A stretch of DNA of 63,945 nucleotides, the filler included, from Lenisia limosa (lineage: Eukaryota; Protista; Breviatea): the NCBI GenBank assembly GCA_001655205.1. It is 15 parts of 15 records of this genome, joined end to end, with 100 filler letters (N's around TTAATTAATTAA, not from the genome) between each part and the next. Parts side by side here need not be neighbours in the genome. Positions count along the whole stretch, not along the records: positions 58,786 to 62,775 come from LPNZ01011541.1; positions 62,876 to 63,945 come from LPNZ01002297.1; 13 more parts are not named here. One strand, 5' to 3'. The position numbers and the translations under genes are program-made. Below are positions 60,831 through 63,945 of the stretch, one piece after another; the first letter of the stretch is position 1; every line of letters begins with the position of its first letter. The notes under the pieces were generated by a model. The model did not search any database and was not told where the DNA came from. It saw only the letters and a list, made by a program, of their open reading frames with translations.

Positions 60831-62081
60831 ATGCTGCGTCGCGCCCCCTTGCTCCTTGTCTTGGGAGTACTATTGCTATCAATCTCTTACGGTAGGAGCC
60901 GTGCGGCTAGTGTCTTCTTACATCCAGTTTCTGCTGACTGTACACCGCCTTGTAAAGAATGTGCTGCGGACAGTGGGAGGGGATTTGGACGGGACTACTT
61001 CATTTAGAGCATTATACCGCCATTTTGAAGTGGATTAGACATTTTGATGACTCTATTGCTTCACAAATACAAGTAATCAATATCTCTTGCTTTCACATCT
61101 CTTGCCAGTTGAATCATCAACGCTAAATCATCCGTTATATTAAACTAAAATATTTTATATATGATATATATATATATTTAGTATATGCTATTTATGTTTT
61201 TGACCATTTTTCATTGGAAATCAGACAGAATATCGGGCACCTCTTCTTTAGTTTTATTGGCCTTTTTTTGAGTTTACTGTTCTGAAGTTCCCCACACACA
61301 GTGCTATTTAAAAAGAAATGGGAAATCAAAGAAGGTTGCGTCTGGCCAAAGCCGTCCACAACAACACGCTTAGAAGAGATGTTGCATTATTGTCCAATGT
61401 GATATGTACACTACATGTACCATTATATATATATTCGCCGAATCATTTGCCATGTGTCTCTGTATTCATACATATCATTCATATGTACATATCTGATCGT
61501 CGTTAATTCGAATTATTGTCGTTAATTCAATTTTCTGTGANNNNNNNNNNNNNNNNNNNNNNNNNNNNNNNNNNNNNNNNNNNNNNNNNNNNNNNNNNNN
61601 NNNNNGGAAAAAAATTGCGCGAGCGTGGCGCTAAAAAAATTAAATTTCCACGATAAAGTGCTGATTTTGCAAAAAAAAAAATTTTTTGAAAGGTTATATT
61701 TTTCTTTGTTTTCCTTCATAAACACATTAAGTGTGTATATCTCAGAAATATATTACTATTTTGAAGGGGAATAGCTGATTTGGCGACCGTAAATAATTAA
61801 CGACATGAATTCGAAATAACATAATTTTGGACCTTGAGCATATATACTCAGTACACTGAATGCACATTACTTAAATATGAAGAAAGGTGTCGGTAATCTT
61901 CGACCAAAACCGGCGTCACACAAACCGAAGTGCTCATCTAATCACCAAAATCCCACTCATCTAAACTCTCACCAAAATCGATATCAATATCGTTCATCAT
62001 TGCCCCCTTACCGCCTAACAGCACCTACATCATGCACATCGTGTGTTGACGGTCACTGGTTGTCAGGAGCTACTTGTCCGG
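60831..62081 (+). CDS. Secreted Cys-rich (furin-like repeat) protein, 5' part
   Basis: Signal peptide MLRRAPLLLVLGVLLLSISY, then exons VSADCTPPCKE and PTSCTSCVDGHWLSGATCP. Confidence 0.55.
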
Positions 62082-62093
62082 GTATAGGGGGCA

Positions 62094-62150
62094 TGGGTAT
62101 GTACAAGGGTATATGGGTATGTACAAGGGTATATGGGTATATGGGTATTA
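62094..62150. repeat. 20-bp tandem repeat GGGTATGTACAAGGGTATAT x2 plus partial copies
   Basis: Direct reading. Confidence 0.85.
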
Positions 62151-63082
62151 TTTTGGGGATTATTGTATTGCTATGTGGTTGAGTATTATTTTATTATTTC
62201 ATTGGGGGGTGGGGGGATATGTAGCTCTCACCACTACCTGCAATATAGCCCACCACCCTGTTATCCCATTCATCACTGGGATGTTGTGCTGCACTGGCCT
62301 GGGCTTTGTTTGGAGTGATGGGATGTGGCTCTGCAGAAGCGACTGGCCNNNNNNNNNNNNNNNNNNNNNNNNNNNNNNNNNNNNNNNNNNNNNNNNNNNN
62401 NNNNNNNNNNNNNNNNNNNNNNNNNNNNNNNNNNNNNNNNNNNNNNNNNNNNNNNNNNNNNNNNNNNNNNNNNNNNNNNNNNNNNNNNNNNNNNNNNNNN
62501 NNNNNNNNNNNNNNNNNNNNNNNNNNNNNNNNNNNNNNNNNNNNNNNNNNNNNNNNNNNNNNGGGGAGTGAAAGGAAATCTTGATGAATACTGGGGGTAA
62601 AACGAAGGAAATTTCAATGAAGAATACTGGGGTAAAGGTACTAATTACGAGCGTGGGTATTATAATATATAGCAATGAGAAATATAAAATAAGGTTGCAC
62701 CTGGCTGAAGCCGTATTATAGATATGGGGTAGCCAATTTCACGTTCAATCAATCCCTATTTCTCTCCAATGACCCNNNNNNNNNNNNNNNNNNNNNNNNN
62801 NNNNNNNNNNNNNNNNNNNTTAATTAATTAANNNNNNNNNNNNNNNNNNNNNNNNNNNNNNNNNNNNNNNNNNNNCAGAGTATTTTGAAGTAAAAAAAAA
62901 ACACAATGGTTGGGAGCAACAAAACAAACCGAGCCCAAGCCAGTCACCTCTGCAGATGGAGGAGGGGGAGCAACATTGGACAATTTACCACCTTATGTGG
63001 CATGGCACTGACAACACACGAGGGTTGATGGCAACAAAACAAACAAAGCTCAGGCCAGTCGCTTCTGTAGGAGGTCCCCCAC

Positions 63083-63739
63083 CTTATGTGGCATTGCACT
63101 GACAACATGACTCAGCTGGGATCGCTTTACAACTTCTTCAATTTCGCTGCGGGGGGAGTAAAAAAAAGAAAATTAATGATCCAAAATTAATTTGCTGTTT
63201 AAATATTACACTCCTTTTACTTCTTTTACCCCCACACCGGTCTGAGCATTCGGGCCGGCCGTAACGGATGTTGTATCCCATGGTGTCATTGAATAGCACC
63301 GCATCCTGGGGCACCACGCCAATGTTGTCGCGGAGAGAGTCCAGCTGCGGGTGTGAATATATGTAGACAAAAGAGAAACAAAACTCTGAGATAACACAAA
63401 GTATCAAACAGTTACGAACCAGTGAGAGGTGGGGGAATAGTAGGAAGAGTGGAGGAAGGAATAGAAGAGGAAGACGCCCCGAGACGGTCCAGTAGCCCTC
63501 CTTAACCCAACATCAAAATTGGAAAAGGGGAGGGGGTGAAATGTGAATCTATTATACGGTGTCAGACCCCTCCCCCAAGCCAACAGTAATGTCTCGAATA
63601 TCACGCCCAGCAAAGGTGACTGAACCTTTCTAATAGGGTAAGTGACACGAGAACATATTGGGAAATAAAAGAAAAACACAGAAAAATGCGCACTTTTGGG
63701 TCATAGAAGCGGAAGAGAAGACGAAGCAGAGTGGACTTG
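63083..63739 (-). CDS. ATM1: ATM1/ABCB7-like ABC transporter, nucleotide-binding domain exons (partial)
   Basis: [80 protein letters not shown]6/HMT1 cannot be excluded. Confidence 0.8.
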
Positions 63740-63945
63740 CTGGGGGATGAGGGCCAAAGTAGAATGCGGGGTTTGTAAAAAGACTTGTGTCTACGAGAAC
63801 CACCAACCAATGTGTATCTCACAGCAGTATATCATAGAAGATATCACCCATATCATATTAGATGATTTATGTAGCTAAGTATAATATATCAACTATATAT
63901 ATCATATATGATATATATATAACATGTACTATATATATATATATA

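Noticed and set aside
1449-62831. Recurring TTAATTAATTAA as a biological motif, and ORFs containing X runs
   Set aside because: Always centred in 44+44 Ns; an assembly spacer. ORFs crossing Ns are artefacts.

Overview
Eukaryotic, intron-rich genomic DNA, not prokaryotic. The window is an artificial concatenation of 15 short contigs joined by 100-nt linkers (44 N + TTAATTAATTAA + 44 N), so adjacency across linkers is not real synteny. Many internal N gaps abut G/C homopolymers. Gene content fits an amoebozoan-like protist with mitochondria (inference): DOCK GEF, UBR-type N-recognin, RPF2, USP, ZNFX1-like helicase, RPS4, talin, Mei2-like RRM, CAP-H2-like, DUF3228, CAND1, an ATM1/ABCB7-like ABC transporter, and several unknown or secreted proteins. 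Most genes are fragments, and I reconstructed their exons by eye from GT..AG signals and reading frame. Introns carry at least four dispersed repeat families plus single TIR elements. The most interesting signals are three. (1) Contig 48374-52158 carries a gene unlike its neighbours, with 30-44-nt introns, tandemly duplicated exons, one 2.2-kb exon with D-x3-E / Y-x3-KE / R-x-E motifs reminiscent of Rep_trans-type rolling-circle initiators, two CXC domains, and downstream hairpins; it is a candidate novel mobile element. (2) An intron-resident repeat is almost always sense-oriented and ends at 3' splice sites; one ZNFX1 intron is essentially this repeat, with AGGT at both junctions (introner-like). 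(3) A hAT-type MITE forms the first bases of two unrelated introns. No rRNA, tRNA or CRISPR array was seen.
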